From Squalus acanthias (Eukaryota): a stretch of DNA of 64,000 bases. The stretch spans positions 155,312,001-155,376,000 of the forward strand of contig CM059431.1 in NCBI GenBank assembly GCA_030390025.1. Reading direction: 5' to 3'. The notes under the pieces are model-generated. The model saw nothing but the letters and a program-made list of their open reading frames with translations, did no database searches and had not been told where the DNA came from. Numbering within the stretch: the first letter of the stretch is position 1; every line of letters starts with the position of its first letter. The translations under genes and the position numbers were made by a program. Shown in pieces: positions 1 to 10,265 of this stretch.

Positions 1-59
1 GTAATGGAGGAGGATGTGGGTCCACAGTTAGAGATCACATTACAGAAGGAATTTGATCT

Positions 60-430
60 GAGAAAAATAGCTGAGGTGGATAAGTCAATGCACCCAGAGA
101 TAATGCACCTCAGGCTGTTAAAGGAAAAATCAGTGGGGAGATAAAAGGAACTCTGAGCACAATTTTTCTATCCTCATATAATATCGGAAATGTACAGGCG
201 GACTGAAAGAGCCCAAACAATGTCTCTGTTAAAATGGGGAGAGATGATCTGCGGGTAACTGAAGACCAATTCATCTGTTGTTTGTGAGAAAGCTGTTAGA
301 ACCTGTAATTCCAGGATGAATTAATGAACATTTAGAGATAAAGCCGAGGCTGGAACAGATTAGCTGTAGACAAGTTGTATTTGACGTTTTTGATGCACCT
401 TTTCTGAGACGTGTCTGTATAGATCTGCTA
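60..430 (+). mobile_element. Ancient degenerate CR1 LINE ORF2 fragment (module repeated at ~3370, 17220, 32060, 34680/35530, 58305, 62770)
   Basis: Degenerate DKS.GP..MH.RLLKE / DW..A / GNxRP motifs (ggataagtca...cccagagataatgcacctcaggctgttaaaggaa). Confidence 0.6.
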
Positions 431-434
431 TTGA

Positions 435-820
435 AAGCATCAATCACCCATGTGCATTCTGACCTACACTGGCTCACGATCCGGCAACACCTCGATTTAA
501 AAATTCTCATCATTGTTTTCAAATCCCTCCATGGCTCACCACTCCCAATCTGTGTCACCTCCTCCAAATCTAAACCGTCGAGATTTCTGCGTACCCGTAA
601 TTCTGGCCACTTGCGCATCCCCGAATTTCTACTGCCCTAAAGTCTGGAATTCCATCTCTCTCCCTATGACGCTGTTCAAAACATACCTCTGTGGCCAGGC
701 TTTTGGTCACCTGTCCTAATATGTGGCTCGGTGTTAAATTTTGTTTGATAACGCTCCTGCGATGTAACTTGGAACATCTTATTACGTTAAAAAAGCTGTA
801 TAAATGAAAGCTGTTGCTGT
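435..820 (+). mobile_element. L2 LINE 3' end (also ~3745-4135, 17595-18025, 32430-32845, 35805-36190, 62835-63250)
   Basis: ITHV..DLHWL...K.L..VFK.LHG C-terminal ORF2 motif, then a ...acgttaaa...tataaatg.aag.tgttg tail. Confidence 0.8.
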
Positions 821-1061
821 GGAGACTGTAATCTTGCCTCATCAACAGGATAAGTCGGGTATTTGGCTATTCTACCTAGGCAGGACCTTTGCTGTACGCC
901 ATCTCATCCGGAATCAGTCCCTGGATGCTGCAGATACTTTACAGCACATTCATCTTGTCCGCAACCTTTTGCCAGGAAAGCTACAGTGCCATCCTGTGGG
1001 CTCGGAGCCCTAGAATATTGAGCCCGACCTCTTGTGCCAGACATGGTGTGCTGCCATCCTG

Positions 1062-1198
1062 TGGGGTGGGGCTGGGTCCGTGGATTGTCAGTGTCGGGCT
1101 GGGTGAGTGCAGTGTTCGGTTGTGTGAGTGGGGTTTCGGTTTTGGGTTGGGTCAGTGGGGTATTATTGTGGGTTTGGGTCAGTGGGGTTGTTTGGGCG
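1062..1198 (+). repeat. G-rich minisatellite (short copy)
   Basis: gggctgggt(c/g)agtgggg.. repeats. Confidence 0.85.
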
Positions 1199-1199
1199 T

Positions 1200-1870
1200 G
1201 TTAATGAGAGCCGCACTCCCGCCATGCCTGTCTGTGTTGGGCAATTGGAAGAACGTATAGCCCGGCGGGGAGGCTTCATTTAAGGGTAAGGTGTCATCAC
1301 CCCTCAGCTAGTTTCCATCAGGGCCATGATGTCGATCCAATCATCCACGATATGCTCATGGATGGCAAGAATCAACATTCTGGAGGTAGATGCGGAGAGA
1401 TTCGGTGATGTCTAATCCACTGCCAGTGTCCAAAGGTTCAGCACTGGGAGGGATGAGTTAGACGGGAAGTAGATTGACAAGATTAGATCACAGTGAATGA
1501 GCTAGGCGGGAAGCTTGACGAAAGAGTAGGATAATACAGCTGGGATTGCTGCTCGTGAGGAAGCAGCAACGAGTGCCACGGTGGGAATTTCGGAGGATGC
1601 TAAGAGAGACACAGAGGGAAGCTGTAGACTTATCTAAGAGGGAGTCAAACCTGGGACGTCAGCAGTAAAGTAGGAAGTTCGAAGAGTAATGAAGCGTTGG
1701 TGTTGGGATTTGGAAGAGCAGTGTATGCCAGAAGAAGAGATGAAAGGAGGCATGATGAAAGAAGAGAGCGATCAGGGATGGATAGAGAGAAAAGGAAAAG
1801 TGGAGTAAAACGTGGAAATAGAAGTGAACGGTTCGGGTCCGCAGCGCCAGCCAACATGCACACACACGAC
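1200..1870 (-). mobile_element. L2 LINE 5' portion (endonuclease N-terminus and 5' region)
   Basis: Paralogous to 12900-13590. Confidence 0.75.
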
Positions 1871-2092
1871 CAGCGGGCCTCACTGGATTTTACTGGGCAG
1901 CTGTTTGTGTCACACCTGATGTGGAGAGTTGATCGTAACACTCGGGAAATGCTCGATCTCATACCTAACAGCGACTTTATATATTTTTTAACAAGGCAAC
2001 GTTTCCTTCTCATTTTAATATTTCCATCTAACCCTCCTGTTAATTTTATATTTATTACAGTGGGTCAGCGACTGAGGACGCCTGTTAATTCA

Positions 2093-2156
2093 ATGGCTGA
2101 AGATCCAAACAGGAAAGACATTTTTTCCAGAAGCCTGAGCAGGAGCAAGGACCCAG
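2093..2156 (+). CDS. Putative first coding exon, copy 1 (MAEDPNRKDIFSRSLSRSKDP+G); exon 2061-2156
   Basis: Acceptor tttattacag at 2051-2060, ATG 2093, donor cag|gtaggt, 64 nt coding (phase 1). Confidence 0.6.
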
Positions 2157-2399
2157 GTAGGTTCAGAAAAAACTTTAAAAGATAATTTCTGTCCTGACAT
2201 AGGGTCCAGATCTCGTGCAAGAACCTGCAGCTCACACATCAAGAGGGAACTGGACAGGGGCTGAGTAGAAAGAGGGAAGTGAGTGAACATCTAGAGGGAC
2301 ATCGCAGTCAAAGTTGGAGGGAGGCATTGCGTACTGGAACAGTCCAATAGATATCTGGTATTGGGGAATGTAAGGTGGATAGAGACAGTGACTCAGAGG

Positions 2400-2940
2400 A
2401 GTGTCATCCTGAGCAACAGTGTGGTAGCAGGGAGCAGGAGGCCACCCCGAGTGGGGTGAGACGCAGGTGGTGCACTGGAAAAGCAAATCAATAGTGGTGG
2501 GAGACTCTATAGTCAGGGGAATATAAAGACTCGTCTGCAGCCCTGAGCTGGTGCAAAATGATAAGTTGCCTCCCTGGAAGAACATCCTGGAACAGGTGGG
2601 AACATCTCTGGGAAGGAAAGGAGAGCAAAAATTATCAAAGGTTGGAATCAGTAACACGGATAGAAATACGTTTATAGAGGGAATATTGAGACTGAGGCAC
2701 TAAACTAAAGACAAGGCCTCAAGGTGGTGCTCTGTATTGTTTTGCACTGGGCTGCTTAATGAGGAAATATGTGTCAAGTCAATGTGGGACTCCTTGTCTG
2801 GAGTGAGATGGAAGGATTCACGTTGTTGGGGTACTAGAGTGGGTTCGCGGAGAAGGGAAGGGACGGCTACGAACTGAACTCACCAACAATTGTTTTAAAG
2901 AATAGGTGAATGGAGCAGCGGGAAGGGGATCAACTGATAT
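2400..2940 (+). mobile_element. CR1 ORF1 (SGNH/GDSL esterase-like) remnant; repeated at ~14150-14700, 30840-31040, 43860-44410, 53440-53510 + 55347-55830, 61615-62160
   Basis: IVVGDSI(V/I)(R/K)G.DRLVC...LPG motif typical of CR1 ORF1. Confidence 0.7.
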
Positions 2941-3040
2941 GATTTGAGGGTGGGATAGCCAAATGGCCTGTTTCTGTGCTGTATATTTGTATTTCTAAGT
3001 AATACATATGTACACAGATAAGCAATAAGAAGTGAAAAAG

Positions 3041-3205
3041 CAATGTTCCCGCTAGTTTTTTTTTTTGGATGCAGCTCCCTATAACGATCTGCGGGGCCCA
3101 TTCACAATTTCACGCTTGTGCCAAATCTAACATAGAAAAACCGGTAAGCGGCCTGCGCGGGATGTCCAGATAACTGCGCCGCCGTGCAGCTTAGCGGGAA
3201 CGTTG
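3041..3205. mobile_element. 165-bp MITE-like element (copies 16892-17056, 31733-31894, 34348-34510, 47466-47625, 58022-58183)
   Basis: TIR caatgttcccgcta / tagcgggaacgttg; part of the ancestral unit; no TSD visible. Confidence 0.65.
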
Positions 3206-4198
3206 CAGTGGAGGTGAGATAGAGGGGGAGCTGGGGGAAACTCGTGGAGGGTGAAGGTTTGGGTAGATACAAAATAATTCCTTTGATGGTGGAAGTGAAA
3301 ATGTTGATGTAATGAAGGAGGATGTGGGTCCATAGTTGGAGATCAGTGTAAGGAAGGATTTGAATCTGAGTAAAATAGCCGAGGTGGATAAGTGACTCGA
3401 CCCAGAGATAATGCACCCCATATTTTTAAAGGAAATCAGAGGGTAAATAAAATGGACTCTGAACACAGTTTTTCAATCCTCATTTAATATCATGAATGTA
3501 CATCTAGACTGATAGAGCCCAAACAATATCTCTGTTAAAATGGAGACAGAGAGGATCAGCCGGGTAACTGCTGACCAGCTAGACTGTTATTTGTGAGTAA
3601 GCTGTTCGAATCTGTAATTCCAGGTTGAATCAGTAATCATTTAGAGATAAAGCCGAGCCTGGAACAGATAAGATGTAGACAAGTTGTATTTGACCAATTT
3701 GATGCAGCTTTTCTGAGACGTGTCTGTATAGATTTGAAATAGAAAGCACCCATCACACGTGTGCTTTCTGAAGTACATTGGCTCACGATTCGACAGCACC
3801 TCGATTTAATAAATCTCAACCTAGTTTTCAAAACCCTTCATGGGCTCGCCAATCCCTAAACCTCGAGATCTCTGTGATTTTCTAATTCTGGCCTCTTGCG
3901 CACCCCCGAAATGAATAACAACGCCATTGGTGATCATACCTTCTACTGCCATAAAGTCTGGAATTCCTTCTCTCTCATTATGACGCTCCTTAAAACCTAC
4001 CTCTTTGGCCTAGCATTTGGTCACCTGTCCTAATATGTGGCTCGGTATCAAATATTGTTTGATAACGCTCCTGCGAAGTTCCTTGGAACATCTTATTACG
4101 TTAAAAAAGCTATATAAATTAAATCTGTTTTTGCGGAGACTGTAATCTTGCCTCATCAAACCGATAAATCGGGTAATTCGGCTATTCTACCCAGCCAG

Positions 4199-4290
4199 GA
4201 TCTTTGCTGCAAGCTATCTCATTCCAAATCAAACCCTGGATCCTGCAGATAATTTACAGCATTTTCAGCATGTCCACAATCTTCTGCCAG
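4199..4290 (+). other. Conserved 92-nt exon-like block within a unique ~250-bp module; copies at 884, 32910, 36252, 49054, 58431, 63312, truncated at ~18088
   Basis: ccag|GATCTTTG...TGCCAG|gtgagc in this copy. All seven full copies are 92 nt. One frame is rich in C-ending codons (consensus SLLYAISFGISPWILQILYSTFSLSATFCQ). Confidence 0.3.
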
Positions 4291-4375
4291 GTGAGCTAAT
4301 GTGCCATCATGTGGGCTCGGTGCCCTAGAGGACTCTGCCCGCCATCTTGTGCCAGACACGGTGCAATGCCATCTG

Positions 4376-7300
4376 TGGGGTGGGGCTGCGTCCGTGGACA
4401 GTGTTGGGATGGGTGAGTGCAGGGTTGGTCTGGGTGAGTGGGGTGCAGATGTTGGGCTGTGTCAGTGGGTTGTAGGTGTTTGGCTGGTTGGTGGGGAGTC
4501 GGTGTAGCTTTCAAAAGCTCTTAGAATAATTTGTCCGTGACTACACAAAGCACTCTGGGTACAGGTATATTGTGTGTAAGTAAAACAGGTCTATTAAGCA
4601 TTAAGCATCCAGTACAAAGAAGTCATAATTAACAAGGAGTCACAATCTTGTTCGTTTGAGCCTCGGCGTTCCTTCCGAGTGACTGTGGCGCGGTCTCTTT
4701 ATTCTCTTGTTGTGTTCTGTTGACTGAAGCTCGCTTCTCTGGGTTCTTGCTGTGTTCTGTTAACTGAAGCTTCGTCAACTCTGATTAAGCGGTGCGCGCT
4801 GGTTTCAGTGTTAAACATCTGTATCTTTATACCCTTTCTCCTCATTTTGCCTACCTGACAGTAATCAGCTCTCTGACACCTGGTAAATATCCCTACTTTC
4901 CTTGTCAGTCTCCTCAGGACATTAATTGGCCTTGTTGATTCCACTAGGTCTCCCTTTCTGCATAACAAAGTGCCCTTAGCTTTAGATGTTCTCTTTTCAA
5001 AGATCATTTCTCAAGATTTTGTCGAAGCAGACTGTCCATCTTATAGTGGTATTACTGAGGGATGCCCCCAATCCCATTCTCTCTTCTCTAACTCTTATCT
5101 CTTTCCCATAACTTTACCGATTACCACGCCCCTGACAGTCTCCGTAGACTTAGCACTACATTTCATTACTTCAGTAATTGAAAACGAATGTTTTTAGTCA
5201 GGTTGGCATAATTTCCCCCTCCTGCCTTGTTCTCAGCAAGTCGCCATTTTCTACATGGTTCTAGGTTTTTAACATACATTTTCACATATTATAATTGTAC
5301 AAAAATGATTTTAGAATCTTAATAATGTTTACTAAATCATACAGATGCACCGTATCCTACATCTGTGTTGGGCTTGTTCAGTGGGGTGTCGGTGTAGGGC
5401 TGTGTCAGTGGCGTGTCACTTTAGGACGGTTCAGTGGGATGTCGGTGCAGGACTGGGTCAGTGGGATGTTGATGTATGGCTGGGTCAGTGGGGTGTCGGT
5501 TTAGGGCTCGGTCAGTGGCGTGTTCGGTGTTGGGCTGTGTCAGTGGGTTATTGCTGTTGGGTCATTGAGAGTGTTGGTGATGGGCTCGGTCAGTGGGGTT
5601 CGGTGAAGGACTTCGTCAGTCGGGTGACGGTGTTGGGCTGGGTCAGTGGGATGTCGCTGTTGGGTCAATGAGGGTATCGTTGTATGGCTTGGTCAGCGGG
5701 GTGTCGGTGAAGGGCTGAGTCAGGGGGGTGTCAATGTTGAGCTGTTTCAGTGGGGTGCCTATGTAGGGCTGAGTCAGGGGGTTGTCAGTGTTGGGCTGGG
5801 TAAGTGGAGTTTCGGTGTTGGGCTGGGTCAGTGGAGTTTCGGTGTTGGGCTGGGGCAGTGGGGTGTCGGTGTTGGGCTGGGTCAGTGGGCTGTCGGTGTT
5901 GGGCTGGGTCAGTGGGGTGTCGGGGCTTGGTCTGTGGGGGTGTCGGTTTTGTGCTCGGTGAGTGGGGTATCGATCTTGGGCTGGCTCAGTGAGGGATTCG
6001 ATACTACGTCAGTGAGAGATTCTGCGCTGGGTCAGGGAGGTGTCGCGGCTGGGTCAGTGAGGGTGCCGGTGTTGGGCTGGGTCAGTGGGATGTCGGGGCT
6101 GGCCAAGGTCAGTGAGGGATTCGATACTAAGTCAGTGAGGGTTTCGGGGCTGGGTCAGTTAGCATGTCGAGACTGGATCAGTTGGGTATCTGTCGTGGGC
6201 TTGGTCAGTGGTGGTGTCGGATCGAGGCAGTGTCAGTGGAGGGCGGTGCGGGTCTGCGTCAATGAGGGTGATGGGTCTGGGTCAGTGAGGATGTCGTGTT
6301 TGGGTCAGTGGGGGTGTCGGGGCTGCTGCTGTGATGGTTACGGTGTTGGGTCTTTGGAGGTGTCGGGGCTGGTTCAGTGAGGATGTCGGGGTTGGGTCAG
6401 TGGGGGTTTCGCGGATGGGGCTGTGATGTTGTTGGGGCTGAGTCGGTGAAGGTGTCGGGGATGGGTCAGTGAGAGTGTCGGGGCTGTGTCAGTGAGGGTA
6501 TCGGGGCTGGGTCGGTGAGGGTGTCTGGGCTGGGTAAATGAAGTTGTCAGGGCTGAGTCAGTGAGGGTGTCGGGGCTGTGTCAGTGATGGTATCGGAATT
6601 GGGTCGGTGAGGGTGTCGGGGCTGGGTAAGTGAGGGTGTCAGGGCTGTGTCAGTGAAGGTGTCGGGAATGGGTCAGTGAGAGTTTCGGGGCTGTGTCAGT
6701 GAGGCTATCGGGGCTGGGTCGGTGAGGGTGTCGGGGCTGGGTCAGTGAGGGTGTCGTGGCTGGGTCAGGGAGGATGTTGGGACTTGGTCAGTGGGGCTGT
6801 CGGGGTAAAACAGTGAGGCTGTCAGAGCTGGCTCAGTGAGGATGTCAGAGCTGGCTCAGTGAGGATGTCCGTGCTGGGTCAGTGAAGGTGTAGTGGCTGC
6901 TTCAGTGAGGGTGATGCGGGCCTGGTCAGTGAGGGTGCCTGGGCAGAGCAAGTGAGGGTGCCGTGGCTGGATCTGTGAGTGTGTTGGGGCTTGTTCAGTG
7001 AGGGTGTCAGGGCAGGATCAGTGAGGGTGTCGGGGCTGGGTCAGTGAGGGTGTCGGGGTTCGGTCAGTGAGGGTGTCGGAGCTGGGTCAGTAAGGGCGTC
7101 GAGGCTGGGTAATGAGGGTTCCGGAGCTGGGTCAGTGAGGCTGTCGGGGCTGGGTCAGTGAGGGTGTCGGAGCTGGGTCACTGAGGGTGTCGGCACTGGG
7201 TCAGTGAGGGTGTCGGAGCTGGGTCAGTGAGGGTGTCGAGGCTGGGTCAGTGAGGGTGTCGGGGCTGGATCAGTGAGCGTGTCGGAGCTGGGTCAGTGAG

Positions 7301-7770
7301 GGTGTCGCGGCTGGGTCAGTGAGGGTGTCGGGGCAGGGTCAGTGAGTGTGTCGGGGCTGGATCATTGAGCGTGTAGGGGTTGGGTTATGAGGGTTTCGGG
7401 GCTGGGTCAGTGAGGGTGTCGGAGCTGGGTCAGTGAGGGTGTCGGGTCTGGGTCAGTTAATTGTGTCGTGGCTGGGTCAGTGATGGGTGTTGGGGCTCAG
7501 TCAGTGATGGTGTCGGGTCTGGGTCAGTGTGTGTGTCTGGGCTGGGTCTTTTTGGGTTTCGGGGCTGGGTTAGTGGGGGGCGGGGATTGATCAGTGTGGT
7601 TGTTGGATCTGGGTCAGTGGGAGTTGGGCTGGGTCGTTGGGGGGGCCAGTGCTGGGTCGGTGCTTGGCGGGGATGGATCAGTGGGAGTGTTGGGGCTGGG
7701 TCAGTGTGGGTAGTGCTTTGTCGGTTGGGGGGCGGGCTTATCGGTGGGGGGGCGGGGCTGGGTCAGTTGG
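4376..7770 (+). repeat. G-rich minisatellite, 27-mer (gggctgggtcagtggggtgtcggtgtt) grading into 23-mer (ggggctgggtcagtgagggtgtc); interrupted by solo LTR 4503-5361
   Basis: Direct tandem repeats with strong G/T strand bias. Confidence 0.95.
4503..5361 (-). mobile_element. Solo LTR (859 bp) of an LTR retrotransposon/ERV
   Basis: TGTAG...CTACA termini, 4-bp TSD tcgg/tctg. On the minus strand TATAAA (4826-4831) precedes AATAAA (4698-4703). Removing it restores the satellite phase. Confidence 0.8.
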
Positions 7771-8601
7771 ACGGATGAACAACAGCACGTGTTCTGTATT
7801 GGGTCAATGATAGGGCAAGCTCCAGGTTACAGAGCCTCACTGAAAAGAAGATATGTATTTAAGGGTATGCGAGATAAACAAGAGGAAGAAAGGAATTAGA
7901 AGATTTTGTGATAGGGTTAGATGAAGAGGGATGGTAGGATTTTCATGTGATGTATAAACACAGGCATGGACAAGTTGAATGGAATGGACTCTTTCTGAGC
8001 TTTACATTTTGTGTAATTCTGTGTATTAACAAAAGTGAAGTGACGGCATTGCATTTTCTGAAGCAGTTTTGTAAAACAAGGATATCGAAAGTTTTGCTCT
8101 AATTCAGTAACCTGCAACTCGCAAACCCCTCCGGTGGAACTGGGAGATTCCAGTCCCACAGTGAGAGCAGGTGGAATGATCTGTGCAAGTGATATGAGTT
8201 TAACAATCTCTCTACCATTAAACCACAAATGAGACTTGTGTATTTCAGAGGAGGGAGTTTGATCACAGGGATGTGCCCAGTTCAACACGTGGGTGAAGAG
8301 TTAGACATTTTTATCTCCATCTCTAGCTTCACTTTCCCAACAATGTTTTGTCGGCTCTCGAATCTCTGCCCATCTTTCACACAAGGACATGATTGAATCT
8401 CTGACCGCTCCTGCCACAGCACTCAGGTGACAATAATGAAAGTCACAAATGAAACGTTCTATGTCTGTGACCGTGGTAAACTATCCCTCCTCATTCTTCT
8501 TGACCTCTGCAGACTTTACACGGTCGAGCACAACATCATCCAACACCTCTCCCCCGTTTTCCAATTCAGTGCGACTGCCCTCGCTTGGTTGCACTTTTAC
8601 C

Positions 8602-9430
8602 CAGCAACAGAACTCGAGAGCAAGAAAGCAGCTCTGCAGACGCCTTAAGGCTGAGGTCCAACAAAAAACTCGCGATCTAAAGAACAGATGGTGGGTGCAG
8701 AAAGCGCAGGAGATCCAGCAGCTCGCCGACAACCACGGCGTGCGTGGATTCTTTAGCGCAGTCAAGACCAGCTACGGCCCAATCACCCAAGGTCCTAACC
8801 CACTGCTGGCCAAGAATGGGGAAATACTCATCAAGGACAGGGAGGCAGTCAGTGCCCGCTGGAAGGAGCACTTCGAACATCTCCTTACCGAGACTCTGTC
8901 TTCAACGCTAGTGTCCTCAATACCATCTCGCAGCATGCTACCCACCACCATCTCAGCTCAACCCCAGCCGGCATTAGGTTGAAAAGGTCAACCAACAACT
9001 GAAGAACAACAAGGCCTCAGGAGCAGATGGAATCCCTGCCGAGGCACTAAAGCATGGCGGAGAAGCACTACTTTTGCGAATTCATGAACTCATTTATCTT
9101 ATCTGGAAGGAGGAGAGCATGCCATGGGATCTCAAAGACGCCGTAATTGTGACCATTTTCAAGAAAGGTGACAAGTCCGATTTCGGTAATTACAGATGAG
9201 TTTCGCTGCTGTCAGCCACAGGGAAAGTCATCGCAAGAATACTCCTCAATCGCCTTCTCCCAGTGGCTGAAGAGCTCCTCCCAGAGTCGCAATGCAGATT
9301 CCGACCAGTGAGTGGTGCAATGGACATGATCTTCACAGCGCTCCAATGACAATTGAAAAGCAGGGAACAGAACCAACCGCTCTACATGGCCTTCTTCGAC
9401 CGAACAAAGGCCTTTGGCAAGGTCAAACGG
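8602..9430 (+). mobile_element. RTE-clade LINE fragment (linker to start of RT)
   Basis: RDLKNRWWVQKAQEIQQLAD...RWKEHF, KASGADGIPAE, LPESQC, PLYMAFFD. Confidence 0.9.
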
Positions 9431-9711
9431 GAATAGAATCACCAACCAGAACACATCTCCATGAACACATGGACAATGTCACTGACCATAGAGACCTGAG
9501 GGATCACACCCAGCTATATCTTGTGTGTGGATAGATATCCCAGTCATAAACTAACAGAATTTAATATCAAAACTCAACAAATCCAAAATATTAAACAGAA
9601 ATCTGTGAGCAAGTATAATATTATACCGCCAGACTTTATTAAACCTCGTGAAGGATCATTTAATTCATCAATGATCACCTGCTCCATGTATGCCTGCAGA
9701 ATAGTCTCCAA

Positions 9712-10010
9712 CTCTAATACAATGAGGTGGGGACACAGGTTTTTTGTTGACACGTTGGACCCCTTGTGACCCCACCTCATTGTCGTAGCTGTATTTTGCT
9801 GTGTCTTTGAAGTAATGCCTTTCTTGATTGTATCTCTGCCGAGGTGTGATGGAGGGCAGTCAGTAAGATGTACCGTAGCCGTCTGACACTGTACGCTACA
9901 CATGGTTCTCTGTCTATATATGCTCTGCTGATTTGCATTCCTTCACTTTACCTGACGAAGGAGCAGCGCTCCGAAAGCTCGTGATTTCAAATAAAACAGT
10001 TGGACTATAA
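9712..10010 (+). mobile_element. Penelope-like element pseudo-LTR fragment
   Basis: Ends ...acctgacgaaggagcagcgctccgaaagctcgtgatttcaaataaaacagttggactataa; same family as 45093-45240. Confidence 0.7.
9948..9984 (+). ncRNA. Minimal type I hammerhead ribozyme motif
   Basis: uuac CUGACGA a GGAGC-agc-GCUCC GAAA gc UC guga: intact core, 5-bp stem II, palindromic AGCU stem III, CUC triplet. Confidence 0.75.
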
Positions 10011-10265
10011 ACCTATTTCTAATCGCTCACTGTTGCCTCTGCCCAAAGCTCTGGAAATCCGTCCGTGAACCGCTCCGTGGCGCTACCACACTTCCCTCTA
10101 TTAAGATGCACCTTAAAACCTACCTCTTTGACGAAGCATTTGGTCACCCACCCTAATTTATCTTTATGTGGCTCGGTGTCAAATTTTTTGTCTTGCAATA
10201 CTCCATTGGAGTGGTTTGGGATGTTTTATACTTTAAAGGCGCTGTAGAAATAAAAGTTGTTGTGT

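Noticed and set aside
1697..2185. 162-aa Arg/Glu-rich ORF (and analogues 30112-30393, 52751-53050)
   Set aside because: Mostly antisense L2 5' region and intron-like sequence; frame not kept across units; only the terminal MAE exon is credible.
5362..7770. CRISPR-like or immunoglobulin switch region
   Set aside because: No unique spacers or cas genes, and no Ig exons in the window; the pentamer similarity to switch regions is compositional only.
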